The translations under genes and the position numbers were made by a program. A stretch of DNA of 64,000 nt, from NCBI RefSeq assembly GCF_000181795.1, contig NW_003526948.1:649935-713934 (forward strand). The letters are read 5' to 3'. This document shows positions 1 through 13,600 of this stretch, one piece after another. The stretch comes from Trichinella spiralis. Its lineage: Eukaryota. A model generated the notes under the pieces. The model was not told the DNA's origin. It ran no database searches and was given only the letters and a program-made list of their open reading frames with translations. Numbering within the stretch: the first letter of the stretch is position 1; each line of letters begins with the position of its first letter.

Positions 1-3000
1 ATGGTAACGAGGACTGTTTTCCATGATATGTTTACTTTTTCGCAAAGTAAACATTTACAACGCTGACGATTTGATTTGCAGCAATTAATGATTATTTAAC
101 GGCAATAATTTCAGAAATTCAATTCAATTGATCATAAAAAAACGATATAAATAGATCAATCAAACGATCAATAGATCATAAAAAGACGATAAATTAGTAG
201 AAATCTGATAGATTGGATAACAAAAATGTTTTTCGAAAATTTCGGAATTTCGTGTTCATATATAGTCTTTGCTGTTTTGCGAAAGTTGGCGAAAAGCTTC
301 AAAATTTCTTTTTCTAATAGGATCACACTCGCATTGATTAATGATAATGTTATGCAGAATTTCATCAGAAACTGCCATGTGGATGTGGAATATATGGCCT
401 CTAAAAGGTTGGCACATTGCCCATGCGAATGCATAATAAATTTGCGAACCTGGAACTTTCTTTTTGCTCAACTATGAGTTGTGATTTTTAGTAAATGAAA
501 CGGTTTTGCATTTTGAGAATGTATTTGTTGGAGCTGCAGCCATTTGTGTAATATAAGTCCTTTTTCTGAATGTGATCCTGATTTGCAAATTGTCGTTGCC
601 AACTTTTCATATTTCAGTGGGCGTAATCTCATTGTGTAGGGTATTCACAGATGAGGAAATTCGGATTGCTTCAGTTGTAATAAATTCATTTTTGGTGCAG
701 ATGTTGGCATTGGCAATTATCGCAACTTTATTATTGAGTACTGATTTTGCTGGGTTTGTTCACTTAGAAAGTTTTGGGCATATTATTCTGAATGCAATAT
801 ATCAAATTTGCGTGGAAAGTTTGTTTTTGTGACTATTGAATTTTCTATGAGGTGACAAATGTGTTTTAACTGTGATCACATAAATGCCTGATTATCTGAA
901 CCGTTTATCGTTATACAATGTGAATTTGTTTTTAAGCAATTGCAACAATACCATATTAGCCGACTAATCAACACCACAGATTTTAATTGGTATCCTTAAT
1001 CTTCATATTTTAAAGATTCTATTTCACAGTGTTCATCATGTTGCATAATTTCACTGTTTTTGCATTTTGAATATTCGTTGCATTTTAATTTCATTTGAAA
1101 ACACAAAATTCAGCTTGAATACTAAAATATGTGTGTATGTTGTCTTTTTCACTTAAAAAAGTTCCATTCACAGATTTAATAGAGTCAGTTATTCAAGGTT
1201 AAACGAATATTTCAATTTCTGTCAAGTAATGTAGGTGTATTATCCACTGTCTGTATCATGTCTTGGTTGCTTGTATGAGCTCTTTTTCAATTATTTGCAA
1301 TCTGACCTTGTACTAACTTATTTTCTATCAATACTAACGGGTAAGACTGTAAAGGAAGATTTCTCATGCTATATAAGTCAAGGAAATGTATAAGGTTTAC
1401 ACTTCAAGTAAGGATGCGAACTTTTTTTCTAAATCTACAATTAAAATTAAAATTAACTTGTATTTATAAACAACAAAAGTATAAACGAGTAATTATAAAA
1501 AGCCCGTGTTTGTTACAATTCTTTGTAACTTTATGAATTAACTGTAATAACTGATACGATTTTGATTATTTTATTTTCCAATTTTTGGATCATATTAACA
1601 ACGGAAAGCGCTTCTCAAGTATTATAGCTTCAAAAGGTAAAACAATTTTATAAAACGTCGTTTGAATGCTTTTTCAATTTTGTTAAAGCACTTTATTGGA
1701 CTTTTTTGCCCTTAGATCAAGAAAATGATTACTTGAACAACAGGCTTATCTTGTCCGGTTAAGAGTCACAAAACAGCTAACTGTTGCTTAAATCTGGAGA
1801 AAAACAACCCACCAAATAAATAAATATAAATATATTTGTTGCATTTACTTTCCCTGGCCAGACAATATATGCGCAGTAGCTTTTGCAACAGTTCAATGAA
1901 TTAATATGCAAAGCATTCGATTATTGTCACGTTACATATTAAATAAATGGAGGATGCATTCAACTGAGCATTAAGTGTACTTTTAATTTAGGTTATCATT
2001 AAATTTTGAAAAAAAATCCACTACAATCTCATATATGTCATTTTTAAAATCTAAAAGTAGAAAAATTAAACTTATTATTATCAGCGTATGATGTTAACCA
2101 AGACAGTAAAATGCTAGTTTTTTGTTATTCTTCATTATTTTATATATTTATGCATCGATATACTTTTACATTGTACATTTTTACGTGAACGGAAAAAAGT
2201 TTTGCTGTTGTTCAGAATTTTATATTAAATTAGCAAAAATAAAGTTTCCGTTTCTCTTTCACGCTATTGAAAGTAAATTTTAACGGAAGTGATCCTTTGA
2301 AAACCGACTTTTCGCTATTGTGTATTCATGATTGAAAAACAGCACATCGAATATTTATTAAATTCTAAGAATGACTGCATTTTATAATGAATTGGATTGT
2401 GCCATCATAAAAAATCATAAATTAAATACAATAAAATAGCAAAATGTAACAATAAATGCTGCATCACAGTAGATGCTGTTGTCTGAAGCAGCTGGCAACT
2501 ACACATTGCTGTTGATGACCGGTCATCATTTTTGGCATTGTTTGGCATCTATATTTCAGAAAGATTTGACCAATGTAATAGTAAGCTCTAGCATGGTTAA
2601 AATGACAGTCTGAAATATTTTGTGAAGAAGTTCCAGACATGGTCCGAACTCCTATAATGCCCGCCTGCCCGAAAAAGGACCGGTTGAATACAAAGGTAAC
2701 AATTTTGATAGAAAAATCAGGTTAGGTCAAGCACAATAGAAGCCTATAGAGTTAGACGTTCTCAGGCTGCTTCGAGACTGGCCGCAATCATTGATCACTG
2801 GCTGCTGTTCACATAGCTCAGGAGGAGGTCGACTGACGTCTGTTTTCAACCAACAGCTTCAGTCAAGTACTGTTGTTCACTTAATCTCAGTTTTGACAAA
2901 ACCTTATTTATCATCGACAAAATTATTCGTAAGTAATATTTACTGTTTGCAACGTTGATTGCTATGCTTTTCATTTCGTTTGATGGAAATGTACTTTTCA

Positions 3001-4686
3001 GCTTACATTTAATCTTGCACCTGCAATCATGCATGCTTGAATGATGTATTTTTTTATGCAACCAAGTATATTTAAATTTCTCAATGCAAAATTACTCATG
3101 AGGATTGCAGCTGAACTATGCTGAAATTTAGGCTTATTTTACACAAAGCAGGAAATTTGCTTTATTTAAAGCCGGTTGTATTTTTGTTTGCTCATTACTT
3201 GAACGCAAATTTTCAACAACTTTCTCAAAATAAGAGTTAAAAAAAACAACAAACCATATTATTAACGCATTTAAAATCTGTATGGCATGTTAAAACATTT
3301 CTTTTAAAAGTATAATTGCACGAGTTGATAATTTAGCTAATACAAAAAGCAATCATGCAATTTATGAATTGAATAACGTTAACTTCAACAATTTTACTTT
3401 TATTTCTATTTAATGTTAAAAATTTTAAACAGATAATCTACTCAATTTGTATAGAAGTGAATATTTCAATTCACAATGGATCCAATTCTATTTATTTACA
3501 GTAATTTAAAAAACTACAGTTTAACACAGTTTAAAGTTAATCTGTATTCATTTTTCGTCATCAAATGTACGCATTTCAAGAAAGATCAACTGATGTAACT
3601 AACATATTTTGCTCTGTAAACGTTAAAGGCAAAATTGAACAAACATACCTTCTTTTGCGTTATTGACTAATGACGTCAATGAAATAATTTTGAAAATTGT
3701 TTTCGAATAAAATGCTTCAATGCAAGCGTCGTCGATTCACTAGTCTGAGGATGCATTTTCTTTGGAACGATCAATTTCAACCAACAGGCCGTCCACTTTT
3801 CTTTGATAATGGAACAACTCATGAATTGAAATCATGGTGATCAATTATCTGATTTTTGCGATAAGTTTAGTCGATGCATTCTTTAGCCATCTCTCGCTGA
3901 GCGACAAATGATTGAAAGCAGCTTGTCTCTTGCTATTGTCATTGTCAAGCAGGCATTTGAAATCATCTCTGCAGCAATCGCTTTTTGAATATTCTTTCTC
4001 CAAAAATTTCTCACATTTTTTATTATAAAAATAAACGCCTTCATCAATTTTTTGCTGAACCAAAAAATTTGCTGTTCAATTTGTAAAACAATATTTCTAC
4101 AGTAAAAGTTTTGTCAAGTTTAATTTTTGTAATTGCATTAATTTTACTTTTGCAATAATTTTATACAGATACAAAAATATGACATTTAAAGTAATTTCTA
4201 TAGCATAATTTATTTATGATGATAAATGTTTTTATTAAAATTCAAAGTTTGCAATTTTTCATTTCAATAATTTGAAATAATGAAAGTATTACTTGCTAAT
4301 GCACAACTGACATGCTTTACGTCCACTACAAATTTTGAAATTTATTACTGATAAAATTTTAAAATTTCAAAATGAATACTAATGCTATAAAGAAGATACA
4401 ACATCAAAAGACGATGTAATGTTAAAATAATTTATTAAGTTTTTCACAGTAGATATATGGAACTCTGCTGATCCATTGTCTAATACACATGATTAATAAA
4501 TACAATATTATACATATTATATAGTCATGATATCAATTTCATTCATATTACATAAGTGGTTTAGGTGCACTGCAGAATTTTCCAACGATCAATATTAAAT
4601 ATTGGCCAAAAGTTACTGCTCACTTGAGGCGTCAGTCATTTGTGTAGCAAAGCGGAAATATTTACATGTACTGGTCATAGCAGGAC

Positions 4687-7600
4687 ATGCCAGTGACCAA
4701 CACTACTTTAAACTATCAAAAGCTGAGTTCACATGAGTGGCAGTTAAGCTGCTTGTCTCCGTCATCGAAAAGACGGCTGAAAACAAAAAAGCAAACGGAA
4801 CAACTGTTTGAAGTAAATGAAAGCGACCAGCGCTATTTGGTGACAAATAATCAGAGTTTGCTTGATCGGCACCGCTTTGAGCATCAGTTATGCAACATAC
4901 CTTGCTCACCACAACCGTCATCTTTACTTGCACAAAACATCAAACAAAGATTCATGAAGAATAAAATCTCAAGTGCTTTACGACTGAAAGCCCAGAAGAC
5001 TGCGCGCATGGACGAGACAAGTGTTGATCAGCTAGTCAATACCTCAAAATTATCGTGCAAAGTTTTTTCTGAAGAAGAACTGTGCTGCGAATGTGGATTC
5101 TCCATTGCATATGATCGAATTTGTGTACAAAAAAGGCTCTACCATAGAGGCTGTTTTAAGTGTTCCAAGTAAGCTATGCATAATACAAAAACAAATGTTC
5201 ACTTTATACGCTGCTCAGTTTAAACTTTAAAGCACAGTCCACTTTTGAAACAAACATCAATGTTACTTAGAAAAAATTTTAAAATGTGCGTCGAAATTAA
5301 CAATTAGAAAGCAGATCCAGTTTGTTTTACATATTCGTTCAATGAATCACTTTATAATTTGATTTTAATATTATTATAAAAAAAGTAATTTCAGTGTTAC
5401 AACTGTTGAATAATAACGTTGTACATTAAAAAGTAATAATAAAAGGATAAAAAAAATTAAAAGATAATAAAATGAAAGTATCTAAACTTTTGCGTGTAAT
5501 GAATTAGCAAACGGAAAATTTAAACTTTTGCAATTACAAATGAACAAGGTTCTGAAGTTAATCTTAATATGACTTCACACATTGCTGCAAATTTATTTAT
5601 TATTCCATATTCATGGTAATCTTACTGTTTTCCTATTATTAATTTACCACTGATCATCGTTTTTTAAAGTTGTGCTGAAAATGAGCAGAATCTTTATTTT
5701 ACTTGAAACGCATCCTGAAAATAATGAAAAATGAGTTATGTGTTGTTTCCTTCATAAGCAGCATCAACATTTATTCCATTCTACTTTTTTTCTCAACTGC
5801 AGAGCAATAAAATGCATCATAATATACTGAAAATTGACATGACAAAGCATGATTAATTTTTAATTGTAAAAGTTTTGCTGCTATGGCAACTGCTATTAAT
5901 CATATTAAATGTGCTACTGGAATGAAGTATTTTTGCCTTTGAAATTATCATCAAATAATGATTATTATGTTAAATAATTTACTATTGAAAATTTGCATGC
6001 AAACGCTGCATTCTTTAAATAACATAATTATATGCTGCATTAAGTATTGTGATTTCTTTTCTGAAATTCTTATTATACAAATTTGTGCATAACTGACCTT
6101 CTGAATGGAAAAAACATTTTATTTGTTTCTAATAGTGTAGCAAATTTTAAAAGTAGTTTTCATAAATAAGAAAATCATGTAGATGTACTAAATTGTAATT
6201 CATAAAAAGAATTACATTAAAACTTGAAATACATTTAATGATAAAAAACTGTTCAAAGATAGCAAAGTCAAAAATTTTCAACATTCTACCAACATATTTC
6301 TAAGAATGAAATTTGCCACACTGCTTCTACTTTTCACGTAAAAATTTTCACCTTTAAAATCTCCAATATAAGATTCATTTAATATATTTTTTGCCAAAAT
6401 ATCTTAAAATTTTTGTCATATTCATTTCGTCTTTTCTGCTATTAATTATTTTTCTACCTGAACAGCATCAAAAAACACTCATATTATGTTACTTGCATTT
6501 GCTTACAGTGCCCAGCAGCTTGAAATACGCTGATACTTTGGCACAAATATTTCAGGGAATGCTGCTTGGGGAAAGTTTTCGTCAAATCAAGTTAATTTAA
6601 TTTCCTGTTTTTGAAAAGCATATTTAAATATAATTGACAATTTTAAAATTAAAAATATGAATTTTCTTCGTTTGATTAAATGTAACTTTTGCCATTAGTA
6701 AGCAATATTTGGTATAGGTTTAGTAGCTATCGCGTAGAAAAGAAAAATATATGAAAAGTTAGTTATAAGAGCAGCAGCGGTTGTGAAACACCATGCCTGC
6801 TTTATGTACTCTAAAAATAGTCATATTTTAAAGTAGGACTTTTCAGCACTGATGCTACATACTTAATTCGCTTGATAGGCTATTGAACGTCAAGCAGCCG
6901 CACCTGCAAATTACATCAACTGGTTTTTGCAGGCGATTCTGATTTGGACTTGTTGTAAAAGTTATCAGGTTCGGTATGCAAAAGCTGACCAATTCTTGCT
7001 ACGCGTCCTCAGAAAAGCAGGCCTCTAGTTTTGTAGGATTCAAGTGGAGTAATACTGTTGCGCGTGGTGAGGTAGTGTCGTTGACATTGGGTATCACTGG
7101 CAAAGAATTACAATTTTTAGCACGCATGTCCGGTAGTCACTAAACCTATCCTGAACAACTGCCCTTTATCGTCAAATACGGTCACACTGTCCATAACGTG
7201 CCGGGCCGTGGTCAACAGTCTAACAAGCACCACTTCAACCATTGTTTGCCTGTCGACTCTTTGCATAAAAATTAATATCCACTGCTGCTGTTATGCTTTA
7301 AATGTGCCGCCACTATTATGTCAATAAAGCACATATTGATAAATTAGCACTGGGGCACTTAAATTGAAGTCCTGACAGTCAAATGGAACTTGTTAAGCAC
7401 TCGATTAATCGATCGAAAACTGAAATTATTTACTCAATTTTGTCACATTTCTATGCTATTTTTGGAAACTACATGGAGTGGGTATGGTCTTGGACTGACT
7501 ACGCCTTTGAAAATATTTGTGGATGCAGTTCTAAAAATGCATATTGTTTTGACAACACTGGGGATGCTGTGCTGCAGTAAGTGCTACATAACTTCATATC

Positions 7601-10600
7601 ATTTTCTTTATTGTGAACAGCATTATTATTTAAAGAGTTTTTTGTTCATCACAATCATTTTAAGCTGTTCACTTCTGCTCCATACTAGAATGTTATAATA
7701 TTACACAATGAAATTAAAAAAATTTGTTTTTAAAAGATATTTTTAAAAGCTATTTTCTGGCATTGATTTCATAGACAGCATTATACCTTTAACATGTTAA
7801 ATGTTGCAAAAATAATTGTAAAATGATTAAACGCATACTAATTTCTAATAATTTCTCTGTTATCTTTGTGAAAACAATTTTGTATAGTGAATTGTTATTT
7901 AAAGTGTCACAAAAGGAAAGCAATGTAAATGTTAGCAAAATAATACACCTACCTGTTACTAAAATAGTACAGATATAGTTGTGCTTCAACAAAGGTGACA
8001 ATATATATATGTATGCAACAGCATTTTTATACAAAATAGCATGCATTTCAATTGTGATAACAATATGCATGTACAAGGATGAGATCTATTCCTTCTTCCA
8101 TTGTTATCTGTTTAATGGCAAACGCAAACATTCACCATATTAAATAAAAAAATAACCGTTTTATTTTCTTCATACAAGAAAACTCCATTTAGTATGCCAG
8201 ACAAGCATTATAAATATAAGTATATAAAAAGCATTATTTGTTTTCTTTAATAAAACTGAGTATAAAATATCAAACATTAGGAATATATAAATTTGAGAAC
8301 TCCACATGTGTAGAATTTGCATTAAAACTTTCAGTTACATTTTAAAATTTTAATTAGGATTTTGAATTATTATTTTTATAGAATCATCTCAGTGTAGTTA
8401 ACAAAAGTGTACTCAAGCTTTTCAGTTCAACTTGTGCATGTTCAAGCACTGTACTCATCTTTAGTACAGCTATTACCAAATTTTATTTGTAATGTTCAAA
8501 AATGTTCGGCATAAATTGCAAATTGTTGATCTCGACATGAGGTGAATTGGAGAAACCTGTCAGTGAGGAACAAATAATTAGCTTATCATAAGCTTCACAA
8601 CACAAATGAAAGAGGTACCAGCTTGTACAAGCTGCAATTGTATGATTACAATTTATTCCAGTATTTTTTTATATTTCAACTTAATGCATAGGATATTTAA
8701 ATTATAATTAATATTGCAAAACTTGATTTTCATTTTATTAGCAGAGATTCTACTCAGACCGTGTCGACTGGCCAGACATGCTTTTCTAACTGAATTCAGT
8801 TCAGTTAATTAACAATAAAATGAGTTTTTAAAGCGCTAAAGGACATTATGCTTTCAAATTCAATGTTACTTGTTTAAAGGAAATAAATATTGTTTCCAAG
8901 TGACTTTGTGAGTGTCAACGAATAAGAATGAACGGAATGTCTGAAGCTTGTTTATTTATTTAGTATAAGCAAACAGGACTGAGCTACTTTTATTTATTCA
9001 TGCATAGTTTGAAGCATCTTGATGGAGCTACATTTAATTTTGTTTTTGTCCTAAATCAACGGTTATAGGAATGGATGCTCAAAATTTTTCACACAAAATT
9101 GAAGCACCAGTTAATTATCCAGCTTATAAGATTTTCGTGAAATTAGATTATTATCACCATTTTCATTAATTTTTTCATAAAAATTGATGTTATTAATGGA
9201 ATTCATTCATTTATTTTACGTTTTGAAAAATTCAATCCGTACATCATTATTTATCTGATATATTGTAAATCGTTTCAATAAATAAATATGAATATAATGG
9301 TTTTTTAATTACCGAATTCTTTTCCCCAAAAAATACATAAAAAGTACAACATAGTCAGTGATTGCAGATCAGATGCAGTTTGATAATTATTGTTAAAATA
9401 TGATTTCTAAAATATTATTAAAACAGTTATTATTGAAATATTCAGCCAATGTTGTTAAAAATCAATAATAATTTCAAAATTCTTTAAAACTGTAATTGCA
9501 TATGCACTGTTATTGCGTTATGAATGCAGTTTATAAGTAATTTTATATTTGGTCTTGCTTATTTGAATTCTATTTCAGATGCGATACCAGTTTGACTCTG
9601 AAAAGCTATCGGTAAGATTTATACTATTATTAGTTCATCTTTGTTGGATTTTTCAGTTTGGGAATAAAGCATATTTATGATCTGGCATAAACCGTAAAAA
9701 CGAGAAATATTAATAATTTTTACACATTTATGTTCCTGATAAAAAGCACTGGAAAAAATATAAGAACATAATTGGCGTGCATATTAATATTTCAGTTTTA
9801 CATGACATATGTGCAGTTTCAAAAATGAAAAATGCTCATGCAGAAGATCACCAGCTTTTGTACGCAGAAGGCAGAGTAGATTTATTTTAACAGGTCTGGC
9901 AGTTAATAATTATTTTAGCAATTTATAATACACGCGACTTTTTTATTTTTCTCAAAAACTTCGTATTAACTGAGAAAAATGTTATTATCTTAAAATTCTG
10001 CATGAGTAATAATATATCATGATGGATCTCTCTTTTCTCGTGCATTGTGGATGACGCATGCAAAGTCATGTTTATTGATAATGAGTGATAATTTAGTTTG
10101 GGTCATTCTGTTGAATAACACTGGTCGACAAAGTTGAAAAATGGCTATCAGAAAAGCAATTGAAAATTTTTTTTGCTTGAAATTAACAAAATAGGAACTA
10201 GCTCGTTTTTTAGCCGTTGCTTATTATTAAATATAAAAGCCAGCGATTTGCAAGTAATTCATAGTCACTCTCAAAAGCATATGCTCTCTCATAAGCAAAC
10301 GTGAACAACTACAGCTTCCGTTCAAAAAGTATTTGTCCCTGAACGACGCTTAACTTGTTGTCCTGGCTGCCATTGACCCGCCTATTCAAGGTTGACTGGT
10401 AATGCTTATTATGTTGAATTGTAGCTATCTTTGTTATAGCGTTGCAGCCGTTCGTGTGTCTCTTGTTAAATCATAATCAGTCTTCTTCATAATCGTGTAA
10501 AAAGTAATACTCATGTAAGAACTGTGGATTATTGTTTTAGTTTACATATGGCCTCAGAACTGCAGTAGTGTTGAATATGTGTAATTAAATGTTCACTCGG

Positions 10601-13600
10601 TTGATTTATAATTTCTGAAAAAAGCCCGCTTGTAACTAAAACAATAATACATATTCTGCTTTTCATCTTATTTTTGCTGTTTCGTTTCCTATTCTTGCAT
10701 GCATCTTCTTGCGTCCTGTATCTATGTCTGATTAAACTTTTGCTTCAACTTTGTTTAAATTAAAATATCTATAGTTTGTTAATTATTTTATATACATGCA
10801 AATATTGAGCTATTTTTATTTGCCGTGTATCATAAATCCTACTCGAGCAACAGTAGCATGTTTTATTTATCAAGTTTATTGTAGGTGATCAAAGTTCTTG
10901 CAACTTATCCTCGGGTATACTATTATGGGCTATAAACACCTTTATTATTTACATACTGATATCAGCTGCTTTTATGCATTGAGAATTTCCTCTGATATTT
11001 TTTCATTGGATGTGTTTCTTCAGCCAGTTGTTGTTTGATAAAAACCAACAACTGCATATGACCAAGCCAAATGACTTTCAACAATTTAAAGGCATATGTC
11101 ACTGGTAGTTGAAAAACGCATCAAACAAACATTCATCATTCCAAACTTAAAAAGTATTTAATTCGAATTATTAGCTGCTGCTAATCTGTTTCTGAAAATT
11201 TTTCTGGAATCATAAAATACAGTTCATACTCTATATTCGTTTTGGACTAATATACAGTTCTAGCTCTTCTATTAAAATTGTTTACATGTTAGAGATGATC
11301 TTCATTTCGTTAAATGATAAAGGAAAGTGAGAATAGCAAATAATAGCATCAAATCATATCGAATCAAAGGATATTTCAGCATCATCATGTGAACACGACC
11401 TGCGGTCATCGAAGTACTTTTAATCATCCAGATGGCTTGACGTAGGTCGCTGAACTTTCATTTCTTACATTGCTGTCTGTTTAACATCACAGTGGAAGAC
11501 GTAAAAATCAATGCTACAATGAAGAAGGCAACACTGTAATGTGTCGGTATTGACTTTTATGACAGATGCATTACTACTCTTTACGTTAACTTTATTTGAA
11601 ATATGAAATCTAGTTGCAATCAATGCTATCAACATTTCACAGAGGAAGCTCACTAAACGCTCTTTCTTGTGATATTTAACCGGGTGTATGAAGTCACAAA
11701 GCTACAGATTGGAATAAAAACAATATCGCATATAGCACATTTACAAATTGACAAAAATATTTAAGAAGTAAGTGACAAATTGATGCATTCATTTAATAGT
11801 AATACTCCATGATAATAAACTTAATAATTTTTAAAGCAGTTTAATTACTTTAAATTTAAAAATCAGTTTACCTTATGAGGTTGATTTATTGTTGAAGAAA
11901 TTACGTTCACTTATTTCTAGTTTAATTTACATAAGCAGAATGTCTTGAGCAAGCAAACAATACAAAATTCAATTCTTCTTGCATGCCCAAAGCTATTTAC
12001 TGAAAACCAAAAGGCAACTTATTTTTACAACAACTGCTTTATAAAACATTATCTGAAAGCATTCTGTAATGTTTGATTGAATGTGTGCAGCAGTTAATAT
12101 AATTTTTTACTAATCTTTATTGCTAGTCAATAATTTTTTTCAAAACTGGAAAAAGTTATTAACAAGAGCAGCATTCTGAGCGGTTAGCATTAAATTATAA
12201 GCACGAAAAATAAATTTCAGTTATTTGCATTTTATGTATGCAATTCAAGAAAAATTTTTTAGTTTTTTTGCTTTCTTAGCAGACATGCGACTGTTCAAAA
12301 ATCGATTAAAAGCTGGCCGTTTTACTTTAATTGTAGATTATGCTAAAGCAGCAGTCCGTGATTTTTTTTAGTCCTTCCGCATGTTCTTTTTCAAATAATT
12401 TGGCTGAGATGAAACTGAAACTGAGACAATCGATCCGCTTGAGGTTTTAGTTAGTTATTTGCAATTTAAACTCTAATTCGACGTTGTTAGCCCTGTTTTT
12501 TCGTACTTGAATATAAAAACGATAACTAAACTGGAAGTCTGACTAACAATTTAAATGTTTTTCCATTTAAATCTTTTTACGATATAACTATTACAAATGA
12601 AGTTGAACATACGACGATGCGTTCGTTAGCCATCAAAGCAGTTTGGGGATCACATGATGCAATGGTCCGTCCTTGTAATCTCACATTATTTTGTAATAAT
12701 AGACGCGAATAAGTGAGCAAAGAAGTAATACTTACTGAGTATATTTTGTGACGTAAATTTTGTAATTAGTTACAAACGGAGAAGTAGTACTGAACTTTTC
12801 AAATTTTCTAATAGCAGATGGAATACTGTATCAGAGCATATTAAAATAATTATTCAGGTACGTGCATTTGTTCTTGTAACTTTGGCTTGTGTTCAGGCAT
12901 ATTTTCGAGAAGATTCCATTTGTTATGAAAACTTTTTCATGTTTGGACTTCTAACCTGTGAAACATGTGTGCCTTTATCTATGCTTTAAAATTCACTTTT
13001 ATCTTAAATAAAGAATTCTTCTCATTCCTTCTTTTTGAACTTTTTTTAAAAAATTACAAAATGTTTTGAAGTTATCTATATATTATAGCGTTAAAAGTTT
13101 TAATTTGCCGCTTTACTTTTGAGTATCAAAATTTCTTTTAGTATACTTTAATGAATCGTGTATATGAAAATTTGTAAAGTAATTTAAAAGAGATATTTGA
13201 TAAAGTGTGCGTGTGTGTGTGCGTTGATAAGGTCTAGCATGTTGTTCAATCTTAATCGCGTTAAAACATTAGCGAAGGCAATAAACATGGCTGTTCCGTT
13301 CATGATGTCCAGACCAGTTGGCGTTAGTAAGCAGCTTTGTTAGATGACCTTTGCTGGCCTGGCAAAGCTTCTCAACAAATACGTCAGCTTGTTCCAAAAG
13401 TCGAAAGCACAAACTTACTGAAATTATGAACTATTCTTAGGCAAAGAGATGACTGAGTGATCAGTAGTCATTTTTGCTGTAAACTTAACATGCTCAGCTG
13501 CTTTTCGCTGAATGCATTAGCAAAACAGGCTAAGGAGCGCATTGCAACTGCAAATCGCCGCCATATCTACACTCTTCATACCACTTCTAGCTCTGCTGTT

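Noticed and set aside
168..832. Several 70-90 aa ORFs at the window start, and similar hydrophobic ORFs elsewhere
   Set aside because: I/L/F/K/N-rich composition expected by chance in AT-rich DNA, with no motifs or consistent splice structure.
7068..7089. TGAGGTAGT, the let-7 5' end and seed
   Set aside because: The rest diverges from let-7 and I found no complementary arm to form a pre-miRNA hairpin; only a short local stem exists.
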